A stretch of DNA of 64,000 nt. Source: a virus. Where the stretch lies: the IMG/VR virus record IMGVR_UViG_3300046616_000188; one strand, given 5' to 3'. Position numbers and translations under genes: made by a program. The notes beneath the pieces were generated by a model. The model was not told where the DNA came from, ran no database searches, and was given only the letters and a program-made list of their open reading frames with translations. Shown in pieces: positions 1 through 9,169 of this stretch (position 1 is the first letter of the stretch; each line of letters starts with the position of its first letter).

Positions 1-1
1 A

Positions 2-994
2 AACGAAGTTACGCTAAAGAACGCGGCGGATAATATTCCAATCGCAAAATCTCTGGCTGATTATTTCGGGGTGCAGAAAACCTTGGGACAGCTTGCAGAG
101 GGCGATAACGGTTGGCTCAAGCTTGTCACTGGCGAGAATAAAATCCATCACCACGTCAATCCTTGTGGCGCTGTAACGGGTCGTTGTACCCACGCCAATC
201 CTAATCTAGGTCAAGTACCCTCTATCTCGAAAAATAAGGATAAGCAAATCCTTATGGGCCGAGACGGCGGTTGGGGTTTTGAATGCCGCTCATTGTTCCA
301 CGTTCTGCCTCCCTTCGTAATGATGGGAAGTGACTTGAGTGGTATCGAGCTTCGTTGCTTGGCCCACTACATGGCTGAATTTGATGACGGTGAATATGGC
401 CGCGAACTGCTTGAAGGCGATATCCACACCGTTAATCAGATGGCAGCTGGACTAGAAACCCGCGAGCAAGCCAAAACTTTCATATACGCCACGTTGTATG
501 GGGCCGGTCCTGCAAAGATAGGTAGTATTGTTCTACCCTTCGCATCTGAGGCAGAGCAAACCCGCGTGGGTAAAGAACTTCTAGATCGATTCCTTCGCAA
601 CATGCCAGCGCTAAAGAAGCTGATGAAAAAGCTTAAGGCTGAAGCAAGACGTGGATTTATCGAAGGCATTGATGGCCGTCGTCTCTATATCAGGGCGCAG
701 CACGCAGCACTCAATACCTTGCTTCAAAACGCTGGTGCCATGCTAGCTAAGAAATGGTATCTCCTGTTTGAGGAATTCATGGAGAATCGCGGATACGTTC
801 ATTCGTGGGAACAAGACTTCGCCATGATGGCTTTCGTTCATGACGAAATTCAGGTCGCAGTATTGGAAGAGATTGCACAAATTGCTGGTGAAACTTCGGT
901 TGAAGCCGCCGCTGCATCTGGCGATTTCTTTAAATTCAAATTGCCTGTCGCGGCTGAGTTTAAAATCGGAACGAATTGGGCACTTACGCACTGA
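2..994 (+). CDS. Family A (T7 gp5-like) DNA polymerase, C-terminal part; the gene starts before the window
   Basis: Frame open from base 2. Motifs TGRCTHANPNLGQVP, DLSGIELRCLAH (A), KTFIYATLYGAG (B, Tyr at the T7 Y526 position), VHDEIQ (C). Confidence 0.96.
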   Translation, partial: NEVTLKNAADNIPIAKSLADYFGVQKTLGQLAEGDNGWLKLVTGENKIHHHVNPCGAVTGRCTHANPNLGQVPSISKNKDKQILMGRDGGWGFECRSLFHVLPPFVMMGSDLSGIELRCLAHYMAEFDDGEYGRELLEGDIHTVNQMAAGLETREQAKTFIYATLYGAGPAKIGSIVLPFASEAEQTRVGKELLDRFLRNMPALKKLMKKLKAEARRGFIEGIDGRRLYIRAQHAALNTLLQNAGAMLAKKWYLLFEEFMENRGYVHSWEQDFAMMAFVHDEIQVAVLEEIAQIAGETSVEAAAASGDFFKFKLPVAAEFKIGTNWALTH

Positions 995-1029
995 CCTGTG
1001 AGAAAAATAAAAATTAAGAGATTTTCTCC

Positions 1030-1058
1030 TTGACTTTTGAAAATCATTATGGTATTAT
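1030..1058 (+). promoter_or_regulatory. sigma70-like promoter
   Basis: TTGACT-N17-TATTAT. Confidence 0.75.
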
Positions 1059-1097
1059 CCTCACATAATAACAAAAGTAAAAATTAGAAACTGACAA

Positions 1098-1313
1098 ATG
1101 ATTGCATATATTTTAATTTCAATTGCCGTCCTGTTCGTGATGCTGAGCTATTATATCCTCATCGTACTAGCAGTGAAAAACGGCCTCCTACTCTTCATGT
1201 CATCTCTGGCCGAAACGCCCAAGCAAGACGCTGATATCGAGACGGAATTCACTACCGTCATCACAGCTGAAGAGTCTATTAAAATTCTACGCAACATGCG
1301 TGGAGAACAATAA
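1098..1313 (+). CDS. Hypothetical membrane protein
   Basis: 71 aa with hydrophobic N-terminal half; coupled (TAATG) to the next gene. Confidence 0.65.
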   Translation: MIAYILISIAVLFVMLSYYILIVLAVKNGLLLFMSSLAETPKQDADIETEFTTVITAEESIKILRNMRGEQ

Positions 1314-1906
1314 TGAAATATTTAGTATTTGATACCGAAACCACTGGAATGGTTCAGTGGAAGCTGCCTCCTACTGACCCTAACCAGCCTAAGCTGGTCC
1401 AGATCGGTTGCCTCCTTTTTGACTCACATCATAACGAAATCGCCGCACTAAAAACTCTTGTGGTTCCCCTCGCATCAATTGAACCGAAGGCCCAAGAAAC
1501 TCACGGCATCTCGTTTGAAACGGCTCAAGAGCTTGGCGTTTCCAACAATAATGTTTTAGAAGTTTTTTGTGACTTTGTCGATATTGCCGATGTCGTTGTG
1601 GCTCATAATTCAGCCTTCGACGTTAAAGTTATGCGCCATGCCGCACATAACGCAAAGATTGAAACAGACATTTTTGCTGGTAAAGAAATCCGCTGTACCA
1701 AAGAAGCTACTACCAAAATTCTCAGAATCCCTAATCCAAAAATTCGTGGTCAATATAAGTGGCCCTCTCTGCAAGAATGCATGACCTACTTTTTTAAAGA
1801 AAGTATCGAGGGGGCTCACGACGCCATGGTTGACGTTAGGGCTTGCGCCAGAGTTTATCAGAACCTAGTCGATAATTTCGAACCAAGAGAATTAAAATGG
1901 CAGTAG
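1313..1906 (+). CDS. DEDDh 3'-5' exonuclease (DnaQ-like)
   Basis: VFDTETTG, VAHNSAFD, AHDAMVD motifs; ends in TAG. Confidence 0.93.
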   Translation: MKYLVFDTETTGMVQWKLPPTDPNQPKLVQIGCLLFDSHHNEIAALKTLVVPLASIEPKAQETHGISFETAQELGVSNNNVLEVFCDFVDIADVVVAHNSAFDVKVMRHAAHNAKIETDIFAGKEIRCTKEATTKILRIPNPKIRGQYKWPSLQECMTYFFKESIEGAHDAMVDVRACARVYQNLVDNFEPRELKWQ

Positions 1907-2988
1907 ACGATTCCAAAATCCTAGATTTCGATAAAATCTTTAATAACTATATGGCTCATGAGAGCAAGCAGAAGAAGTGGATGTACGACCGTAACCTTTC
2001 AATGGGTGCGTCTGAAGCTTTTGACTGTCTCAGAAAAGCTTTCTTTAAGAAGAAGGGTTTCGATCAAGACTCTGATTATTCTCAGTCTTGGGGCGCGATG
2101 GAACGCGGTAACATGATCGAAGATCATTACGTTGTTCCAGCCCTTGAACTTGGACTACCTGAAGGTATCGATCTAATCGGCGCGGGTCAGCAGGATCAAA
2201 CAACTTTCTTGGACGAAGAAAATCGTCTCAGCGCTACACCAGACGGACTTCTTGCTGGTCTTCCGCGTAACGCTCTAAGTAATTATGGTATTGAGGATAT
2301 TGAAAGTGACTGTATCACGGTCGAAGTCAAGTCAATCGATCCTCGCGTTTCTCTCACGGAAGAGAAGGCTATCCACCGTGGACAGGTAAATATTCAGATC
2401 GGCCTCATTCGTGATCAGACAGATTTCAAGCCTCGCTACGGCGTCATTCTATACGTAGACGCTTCGTTCCTCGATAACATTACACCGTTCGTTATCCGTT
2501 TCGATGAAAAGACTTACGCTGCGGCTCAGGCCCGTTCTAGGAAAATGTTTGCCGCGAAAGAACCTTCTGATCTACCAGCTGAAGGCAAAGTAACAGGGGC
2601 TTGCAAGCTCTGCCCATGGGCCAAGCGTTGCAACGGTCTCAATCTCGCTGCTGTGCCGCAAGAGTCGTTCGATAAGACAGCCCTTGATAAAGATCGCGCC
2701 ATCATGGCTAAGCTCGTAGAAGACGAGCAAGAAGCAAAAGAGCGCAAGAAGCTGGCCGAAATGGATGAAGAACGCATCCGCGTCGAGATGAAAGAATTCC
2801 TAAAGAAGCTTGGTACAAAAAATCTCAAAGCAACTGATGGTTCTTGGGGCGTTACATATTCTACTCAGAAGGGCCGCACCGGTCTTGATAAAGAAAAAAT
2901 GATTGAGGATGGCATTGACTTATCGCTCTACGAAAAAGAAGGCGAAGGTTTTGAAGTTCTTAGAGTTACAACGAAGAAGATTAAGTAA
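1897..2988 (+). CDS. Cas4-like / PD-(D/E)XK exonuclease
   Basis: ASEAFDCLRK, ATPDG, VEVKS, QVNIQ and C-terminal CKLCPWAKRC. Confidence 0.8.
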   Translation: MAVDDSKILDFDKIFNNYMAHESKQKKWMYDRNLSMGASEAFDCLRKAFFKKKGFDQDSDYSQSWGAMERGNMIEDHYVVPALELGLPEGIDLIGAGQQDQTTFLDEENRLSATPDGLLAGLPRNALSNYGIEDIESDCITVEVKSIDPRVSLTEEKAIHRGQVNIQIGLIRDQTDFKPRYGVILYVDASFLDNITPFVIRFDEKTYAAAQARSRKMFAAKEPSDLPAEGKVTGACKLCPWAKRCNGLNLAAVPQESFDKTALDKDRAIMAKLVEDEQEAKERKKLAEMDEERIRVEMKEFLKKLGTKNLKATDGSWGVTYSTQKGRTGLDKEKMIEDGIDLSLYEKEGEGFEVLRVTTKKIK

Positions 2989-3215
2989 TGGCAAAATTCA
3001 ACGAAGACGTAATCGTTCGGATCATGGAAAAACTAACTGTGACATTGTTCGAAACGGCAAACGCAGTGCTAACTGAGGTCGCTAATGATCCTAGCATTGG
3101 TAAAGATGATTATGACGCGGCTCTGTTTCTAACATATGACGCGTATTACAAGGGAATCATTGAAGAGCTTGATCCTGAATTCGTCAAAGAAGCGCTAGCT
3201 CTGCTCGATGATTAA
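2988..3215 (+). CDS. Hypothetical protein
   Basis: 75 aa, TAATG-coupled to the upstream gene. Confidence 0.7.
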   Translation: MAKFNEDVIVRIMEKLTVTLFETANAVLTEVANDPSIGKDDYDAALFLTYDAYYKGIIEELDPEFVKEALALLDD

Positions 3216-3217
3216 TT

Positions 3218-3319
3218 AAATTTCCCTACTCGTCTCTAGGGGATTTTAAAATAAGAAAAATGTAGAGACACAAACTAAGAACCAAGAAAACAGAAAACTA
3301 AGAAACGAGAAAATATAAC
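3218..3319 (+). promoter_or_regulatory. Putative translational operator of the SSB gene (pseudoknot plus unstructured A-rich leader)
   Basis: Hairpin CCCTA/TAGGG whose loop GTCTC (3232-3236) is complementary to GAGAC (3265-3269), followed by a 50-nt A-rich leader. Confidence 0.45.
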
Positions 3320-4108
3320 ATGGCAAATGAAGTAGCAACCCGTAATAACACCGCAGTCTCAACACCGGCTTCAGGGAATCCGTTCCTCAACGCTGCATCT
3401 TCACTCGGTGGCGGTAATGAAGGTCTTACCTTCCTCGCATTCTCTGGCAAGACCGGCGATTACACTTACGGTGCTGACAAGGAAGAACTAGACGACGGCT
3501 GGGAAGGCGCAGTTAATATGAATTCTGCTAAGCAGGGCCATATTTGCTGGAAAGATTCCGAAGTCGTTGGCGAAGATATGACACGCATTCTCGACGGCAA
3601 TCCTACGCCGAAGAGCCAGCTTAAAGATCATGGTCCTTACGATGACGATGATGATGGTTGGCAGCAGCAGATTAGCTTTGAGGCAGTTGTTGTCTCTGGT
3701 GGTGGCGATGCAGAAGGCGAACAGATGCTGTTTAAGAACAGTTCTAAGTCCGGCCTTCGTGCCTTCGGTAATCTCCTTTCCGCTTACGGCAAGGCGATCC
3801 AGAAGGGTCAGAACATCGGTGATGACGGTGAAGAGCTTTTCCCTGTAGTTAAGTTTGAAGCTACAGAATTCACGCCAAAGGGCGCGAAGAAGAAGGAAAA
3901 GGCTTACGCTCCGAAGTTCACTATCACTGACTGGATCAGCGAAGCGGCTCTTGAAGAGCAGTTCGGTGGCGCGGACGATCCTGAGAATTACGAAGATGAA
4001 GACGATTCATCCGAGGCTGCTCAGGCAGAAGTCAAGGAAGAAAAGGTAGCTGAAAAGGCTAAAGCCGAAGAAGCTCCTGCTACTGGTGGTCGTCGCCGTC
4101 GTTTCTAA
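3320..4108 (+). CDS. Putative ssDNA-binding/annealing protein
   Basis: 262 aa, beta-rich core with aromatic residues and a long acidic C-terminal tail; lies between exonuclease and helicase. Confidence 0.65.
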   Translation: MANEVATRNNTAVSTPASGNPFLNAASSLGGGNEGLTFLAFSGKTGDYTYGADKEELDDGWEGAVNMNSAKQGHICWKDSEVVGEDMTRILDGNPTPKSQLKDHGPYDDDDDGWQQQISFEAVVVSGGGDAEGEQMLFKNSSKSGLRAFGNLLSAYGKAIQKGQNIGDDGEELFPVVKFEATEFTPKGAKKKEKAYAPKFTITDWISEAALEEQFGGADDPENYEDEDDSSEAAQAEVKEEKVAEKAKAEEAPATGGRRRRF

Positions 4109-4135
4109 GAATTAAAAACTTAGAAAATACGAATA

Positions 4136-4163
4136 ATAAAAGGGCTATTTTGAGCCCTTTTAT
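4136..4163 (+). terminator. Intrinsic terminator
   Basis: ATAAAAGGGCT-ATTTTG-AGCCCTTTTAT. Confidence 0.75.
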
Positions 4164-4184
4164 TTATGACTTAAGGAGATTGCA

Positions 4185-5519
4185 ATGTCAATTACTTTAA
4201 CTGATCACCAAAACGACGCTGTTAAAAAAGTTGTGACTTGGTTTAAAAAGGCACAAACCGAAGAAGACCCGGATCACTGCTACCTAGGCGGTTTCGCCGG
4301 AAGCGGTAAAACGGCTATTCTGCCTTTTATCGTTGAGGCTTGCGGTCTAACTACCAGTGAAGTGTTTGTAGTCACCCCTACGGGGAAGGCTGCTCGTGTC
4401 GCGGGCAAGAAGCTACGTGATGCGGGCGTCGATATCATACCTACTACGATCCACTCAGCGATCTATCGCCCCAAAGCGTTGAAAGCTGAAGTTTTAGAAT
4501 ATAAAATTGCTGACTTGGGTCGTGCCTTAAGCTCAGCCGCTGAATTCAGCGCTCCAGATGTTTTTTACGAAGGTAAAAAGTACAGCATCAAAGACGCTCA
4601 GAGAACTTTAAAACTTTTAAACGAAGATTTGGATAAGGCTTACATCAGCACTGATGGTCCGACATGGCACCTTAACACGGAAAGCTCTATCAGAGAAGCG
4701 TCTCTCATTATCGTTGACGAAGCATCTATGGTTGGCGAGCTTATCGCTAACGATCTTCATTCATTCGGTATTCCAATTCTAGCCATTGGCGATCCGGGGC
4801 AGCTGCCTCCTGTAAAAGATAGTCATGGGCTCTGCATCGGCAAGCCTCACGTTTTCCTAACTGAGATTCACCGTCAAGCCAAGGATAATCCTATTATCGC
4901 TTTGGCCACGCATATCAGAGAAGGTGGAGAATTGGAAGTTGGCAAATGGGGCGACTGTGTCGATATCGTGAGACGACGTGACGATGAAGATACTCTCGAC
5001 ATGGATAAAGAAGTCCAAGTCATTTGTGGCACGAATACAACACGTTGGAAGCTGACAAAGAAAATCCGCAAAGCAGCAGGGTACGATCTTGTTGGCCCGA
5101 TGGCTGGCGAACCTCTTATCATGCGTAAAAATTCAAGAGTTGCTAAAGAACTTGTCAATGGCATGTTCCTTACAAATAATAAAGATTACGAATTGGTTGA
5201 GGGTCGTGCCACGTTCTACATGAATGCGACGGATGAAGATGGCGTGGTCAGAAATATCACGGTGTGCCAAGCTCTGTTTGAGGAGCATTACGGAAAGCAA
5301 GCCGGATATTTTACCGGTGAGAAAAAAGAAGTTTTTGAAGCCAAAAAGAAACATCACCTTGTCGATTGGGGCCATGTCATTACGGGCCATCTCAGTCAGG
5401 GATCGCAGTGGAACCACGTAGTGGTACATGACGAAGGTTATGTCTTCAAAGACGACATGGATAAGTGGCGCTATACCGCCGTTACTCGTGCCGCAGAAAA
5501 ACTTACAGTGGTAATTTAA
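4185..5519 (+). CDS. SF1B RecD2/Dda-like helicase
   Basis: GFAGSGKT Walker A, IIVDEASMV, GDPGQLPPV, LTEIHRQ, SQGSQW, YTAVTRA. Confidence 0.93.
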   Translation: MSITLTDHQNDAVKKVVTWFKKAQTEEDPDHCYLGGFAGSGKTAILPFIVEACGLTTSEVFVVTPTGKAARVAGKKLRDAGVDIIPTTIHSAIYRPKALKAEVLEYKIADLGRALSSAAEFSAPDVFYEGKKYSIKDAQRTLKLLNEDLDKAYISTDGPTWHLNTESSIREASLIIVDEASMVGELIANDLHSFGIPILAIGDPGQLPPVKDSHGLCIGKPHVFLTEIHRQAKDNPIIALATHIREGGELEVGKWGDCVDIVRRRDDEDTLDMDKEVQVICGTNTTRWKLTKKIRKAAGYDLVGPMAGEPLIMRKNSRVAKELVNGMFLTNNKDYELVEGRATFYMNATDEDGVVRNITVCQALFEEHYGKQAGYFTGEKKEVFEAKKKHHLVDWGHVITGHLSQGSQWNHVVVHDEGYVFKDDMDKWRYTAVTRAAEKLTVVI

Positions 5520-6109
5520 TGGCAGAAAAAAAGTTTAAACTAGTAAAAAACCGCATCGTAGGTTTTTGCGGATATAAACGCTCAGGAAAAGGGATATGTG
5601 CTGAAGCTCTGGCTGGCATGAAATATGTAGATGTCCCTTTTGCTGGCGGACTTAAAGCAATGCTCACGGCTTGGTTGGAATATAACGGCGTGACTGACAC
5701 ATCTCTTTATACCGACGATTGGTACAAGGATCATAAGAGTCGTTATTTCAATAATAAGGAATTTCGTTACGCCATGCAAACTCTCGGCACGGAATGGGGC
5801 CGGAATATTATGGGGAAGCAGTTCTGGATCGAAGGTTGGGAAAGAAGAATTGCCGGTATGAGCCGTGTCGCTGTCAGCGATGTGCGTTTCCCTGATGAAG
5901 TTGACGCTATTAGAGAAAAGAACGGGATTGTCATTAAAGTTAGACGACCTTCGTTTCGTAACCTCGATACCCATGAATCTGAAACTAATATGGAATCTTT
6001 AAAATGTGACTACGAAATCGTCAACATCGATATTGAAGACACACAGAACCAAGTTAGAGAAATTGTAGATAATCATTTTAAAGGCAAAGGAAACTTCATT
6101 CGTGACTAA
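5519..6109 (+). CDS. Deoxynucleoside monophosphate kinase
   Basis: GFCGYKRSGK P-loop, FAGGLK, MQTLGTEWGR, SDVRFPDE; start placed at the ATG overlapping the helicase stop. Confidence 0.9.
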   Translation: MAEKKFKLVKNRIVGFCGYKRSGKGICAEALAGMKYVDVPFAGGLKAMLTAWLEYNGVTDTSLYTDDWYKDHKSRYFNNKEFRYAMQTLGTEWGRNIMGKQFWIEGWERRIAGMSRVAVSDVRFPDEVDAIREKNGIVIKVRRPSFRNLDTHESETNMESLKCDYEIVNIDIEDTQNQVREIVDNHFKGKGNFIRD

Positions 6110-6962
6110 ATTTATTTTTGAACCAACGGTCCACGTCGTGGCGGAAACCAAAATCAATTGGGAAGGTCTTCAGGCGTGGGCCGATGATCATGGCCTTACC
6201 GAAGTGCTTGGCGATAATGGTACTCCGCTGGGCGTGTTGTGGCAAGACCTTTACCACGATGAGAAAGATGTGTCGCTCGACGCGCTTCCCGAATTCGCTG
6301 GCCGTCATTGTTACAGATCGTTCTCGAAAGGTAGAAAACGTGAAGATTACATTAAAAACATTATTGATATGGAACATGGCTCTGTTCTGGAACATTCAAA
6401 TATTAGCTTTGCCATTTCTGGTGTTAGTCGAAGCCTCACTCATGAACTGATCCGCCACAGGGCCGGTGCTGCGCCGTCTCAGGAGAGTCAGAGATACGTA
6501 GACGCTCAAGACGTTAATTTCGTTGTGCCTCCTCTGATCCGAAGCTTATCAAATCCTGACAGTGCCAAAACGGTTTATGACGCATTCGAAAATAGCTGCA
6601 TCTTTGCCTTGAACGATTATAAAAGCCTAATCGCCCAAATGGAATCTCTTACAACTTCCGGCGACGGTTCTGAACTAGGCGTAAAACTCGCTACGATGCG
6701 CAAGAAGCGAATCCTTGAAGCGGCACGCTCTGTCCTACCAAATGCGGCTGAAACGCGCCTGACGTGGACCATGAACATGAGAGCGGCACGTCACGTCTGC
6801 GCCCTACGCGGCGGGGAAGGGGCTGATCTAGAAATCAGGGCTCTCGCCATCGCCATGTTGAAACAGCTTAAAGATCGTGCCCCTATTATTTTCAGCGACT
6901 TTACCATCTATACCGCTGATGATGGTTTCGACGCGGTGCATTGTGAAAAGCCAAAGGTATGA
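6102..6962 (+). CDS. thyX: Flavin-dependent thymidylate synthase
   Basis: HGSVLEH and signature ELIRHRAGAAPSQESQRY, ARSVLPN. Confidence 0.95.
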   Translation: MTKFIFEPTVHVVAETKINWEGLQAWADDHGLTEVLGDNGTPLGVLWQDLYHDEKDVSLDALPEFAGRHCYRSFSKGRKREDYIKNIIDMEHGSVLEHSNISFAISGVSRSLTHELIRHRAGAAPSQESQRYVDAQDVNFVVPPLIRSLSNPDSAKTVYDAFENSCIFALNDYKSLIAQMESLTTSGDGSELGVKLATMRKKRILEAARSVLPNAAETRLTWTMNMRAARHVCALRGGEGADLEIRALAIAMLKQLKDRAPIIFSDFTIYTADDGFDAVHCEKPKV

Positions 6963-7204
6963 CATACGCTGAGTTAGAAGAATTCGACACAAGTTCTTAT
7001 TGTACTATTCCAGCAATGTTTGATCATCAGTGGCATACGTCAATGCTTGATTTTCTGGAAGACGAACGTATTTTAAAATTTTATAAACACCCCTCCGGGG
7101 AGTTCGTCATAGAAGAACAGTGCGACAAAAATTTCGCTGTCCTATTCAATAGAGTGCAAATGTCTCAATTAATAAAAGAGTTACAGGAATTACTGGATGC
7201 TTAA
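6959..7204 (+). CDS. Hypothetical protein
   Basis: 81-aa ORF overlapping its neighbours in the operon. Confidence 0.65.
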   Translation: MTYAELEEFDTSSYCTIPAMFDHQWHTSMLDFLEDERILKFYKHPSGEFVIEEQCDKNFAVLFNRVQMSQLIKELQELLDA

Positions 7205-7403
7205 CATTAAAGAAATGGTTTCAGACGGAAAGCGCGTAAAGTTCAAATACTACCGGAGTGAAAACCTTTGGTACGAAACTGAAAATGGGTTTCTCTTCCC
7301 CGTACCGATCAGTGACATAGGAGATGCAACTTTCCTTGCCGAAGACAAGGCCATGCTCTTCATGCGATACATCCGACAATATCTTAAATTTTTAGAAAGT
7401 TAA
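7197..7403 (+). CDS. Conserved small phage protein
   Basis: 68 aa, LWYETENGFLFPVPISDIGDATF pattern recalled from other phage genomes. Confidence 0.75.
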   Translation: MLNIKEMVSDGKRVKFKYYRSENLWYETENGFLFPVPISDIGDATFLAEDKAMLFMRYIRQYLKFLES

Positions 7404-7406
7404 ACA

Positions 7407-7643
7407 ATGTTTGCGAATATCAAAATTACAAATGGTGATAATGGCGTAGTCATCACAGAGACTACTTACGAATTCGAAAATGACGAAGAGCGTGCCGGTC
7501 CAGTTACCAACGCCGGGTTCTATGCCTACACCGTTGATTATCTGTTCAGGACCGGAAAGATTCAGGATTACACCGCTGAAGTGGAAGCTGAATTGAGAGG
7601 CCTTATCCCGGTGGCTGAGAATGAAGGGCTAAACATTGACTAA
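7407..7643 (+). CDS. Hypothetical protein
   Basis: 78-aa ORF in the operon. Confidence 0.6.
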   Translation: MFANIKITNGDNGVVITETTYEFENDEERAGPVTNAGFYAYTVDYLFRTGKIQDYTAEVEAELRGLIPVAENEGLNID

Positions 7644-7818
7644 GTACGGCAGAGAGATTGCAGCTGATTTGGCCGCGCTTGAAACTTTTTTGGCTACAAC
7701 TGACAAAGAAATCATCAGTGTCAATAGTTATAACAACGGTGGCTTTATCGTAGTTTATAAAGAATCTGATCCAGAAATGGAAGACTGGATCAGAAACATT
7801 CGTGTCGAACCAATTTAA
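7636..7818 (+). CDS. Hypothetical protein
   Basis: 60-aa ORF with TTG start overlapping the previous stop. Confidence 0.5.
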   Translation: MTKYGREIAADLAALETFLATTDKEIISVNSYNNGGFIVVYKESDPEMEDWIRNIRVEPI

Positions 7819-7834
7819 TAACGGAATAAATAAA

Positions 7835-8341
7835 ATGACAATTACTATTACAGACCTACTCAATCTTCAGGACGAAATTTTTAAAATTAATGAAGCCAAC
7901 GGCTTTTGGGAAATGGGTGTCGAGAACCGCTCCTTTGCACAGCACATCTCTCTGGTCCATTCGGAAATTTCTGAGGCTGTCGAGGCAGACCGCAAAGACC
8001 TTAACGATGATAAGCTCACGGAATATCTTGGCCGCGACGTAGAACTTGCCGACACCGCTATTCGTATCCTTGATTGGACCGGGGCTAACAAGTGGGCCTA
8101 TACCACGCAGTACGCAGAAGAATACTACGTCGATTATGCCGACTTCTCTGAATTCGCGGCTGAGCTTCATCTCCTCGTTTCTAGCTGGTACGCCACTGAC
8201 AATGTGGCATGGGGCTTCATCGTTCTAGACGAAATCGTTAAGTATGTGAATGACAACGATATTCCTTTCATGGAAATCATTGAGAAGAAGTTGCAGAAGA
8301 ATCGCGAGCGCGGTTACAAGCATGGTGGGAAGAATTACTAA
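7835..8341 (+). CDS. MazG-like nucleotide pyrophosphohydrolase
   Basis: HSEISEAVEA...ELADTAIRILD and C-terminal KNRERGYKHG. Confidence 0.85.
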   Translation: MTITITDLLNLQDEIFKINEANGFWEMGVENRSFAQHISLVHSEISEAVEADRKDLNDDKLTEYLGRDVELADTAIRILDWTGANKWAYTTQYAEEYYVDYADFSEFAAELHLLVSSWYATDNVAWGFIVLDEIVKYVNDNDIPFMEIIEKKLQKNRERGYKHGGKNY

Positions 8342-8360
8342 TCAATTCAATTAGTAAAAG

Positions 8361-8391
8361 AAAATTACCCGCCAGTGAGGCGGGTAATTTT
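8361..8391 (+). terminator. Intrinsic terminator
   Basis: AAAATTACCCGCC-AGTGA-GGCGGGTAATTTT. Confidence 0.8.
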
Positions 8392-8404
8392 TATGGAGAA
8401 AGAT

Positions 8405-8680
8405 ATGACAGAAGAAAAATTTTATATGCATCCAAAAGACATTGTCGAGCTTTTTAAAAAGTTCGAGATGGAAAAGAAGGATACGAAAAACCCAAAGAAA
8501 ACAAAGCCGACTGGTAGAAAGCGCCCGAAGAATCATGACGGCCTGCCTCTGATGGAACGCTGCCAAGCCATTCTCGGTAAGAGGATGCGCGAGCGCAAAG
8601 GCGTTGGGTATATGCTAGATGGTGTACACGTTTCGTGCGAACGACTATTGCGCGAAGCGGGTTTATTTTTGTTGGACTAA
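8405..8680 (+). CDS. Hypothetical basic protein
   Basis: Lys/Arg-rich ORF with GGAG upstream; start uncertain. Confidence 0.55.
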   Translation: MTEEKFYMHPKDIVELFKKFEMEKKDTKNPKKTKPTGRKRPKNHDGLPLMERCQAILGKRMRERKGVGYMLDGVHVSCERLLREAGLFLLD

Positions 8681-8692
8681 GATAATTTTAAC

Positions 8693-8721
8693 TTGACTTT
8701 TTAGAAGTTTTATGTTAAGAT
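8693..8721 (+). promoter_or_regulatory. sigma70-like promoter of the nrd operon
   Basis: TTGACT-N17-TAAGAT. Confidence 0.75.
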
Positions 8722-8779
8722 TTTAATCTTTCAATAATGAAAAATGGACTGTTCAAGTAGGCCAATAAGGAGGTGGCAG

Positions 8780-9169
8780 GTGTATAATATTGTCTTTTAT
8801 TCCTCCGAAACTGGTAACACGCTTTCATTCATTAAGAAATTAGGTATGGAAGAAAACGCATTTCAGATAAAGTCTAAAATGCCAAATTTAGTAGAAATTT
8901 CAAGTCCTTACATTTTATTTATCCCGACCTACGCAGCAAATGACGGACGAGGGGCTATCCCAAAATCAATAGTAAAATTTCTAAATAATCAAAATAACAG
9001 AACACTCCTCAAAGGTATTGTGGCTTCCGGTAATAAAAACTTCGGGAGCAATTTTTGTCTCGCGGGTGATCTGATTTCTAATAAATGTGACGTGCCAGTC
9101 TTATATAGATATGAGCTACGAGGCACGCAGCACGACGTAACAAATGTAATGGATATTTTCAATGCTTGA
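8780..9169 (+). CDS. nrdI: Class Ib RNR flavodoxin NrdI
   Basis: [27 protein letters not shown]; GTG start after AGGAGG. Confidence 0.95.
   Translation: MYNIVFYSSETGNTLSFIKKLGMEENAFQIKSKMPNLVEISSPYILFIPTYAANDGRGAIPKSIVKFLNNQNNRTLLKGIVASGNKNFGSNFCLAGDLISNKCDVPVLYRYELRGTQHDVTNVMDIFNA

Noticed and set aside
1897-2988. Cas4-like nuclease as evidence of a CRISPR system
   Set aside because: No cas1/cas2 and no repeat-spacer array; solo Cas4-like exonucleases are routine in phage replication modules
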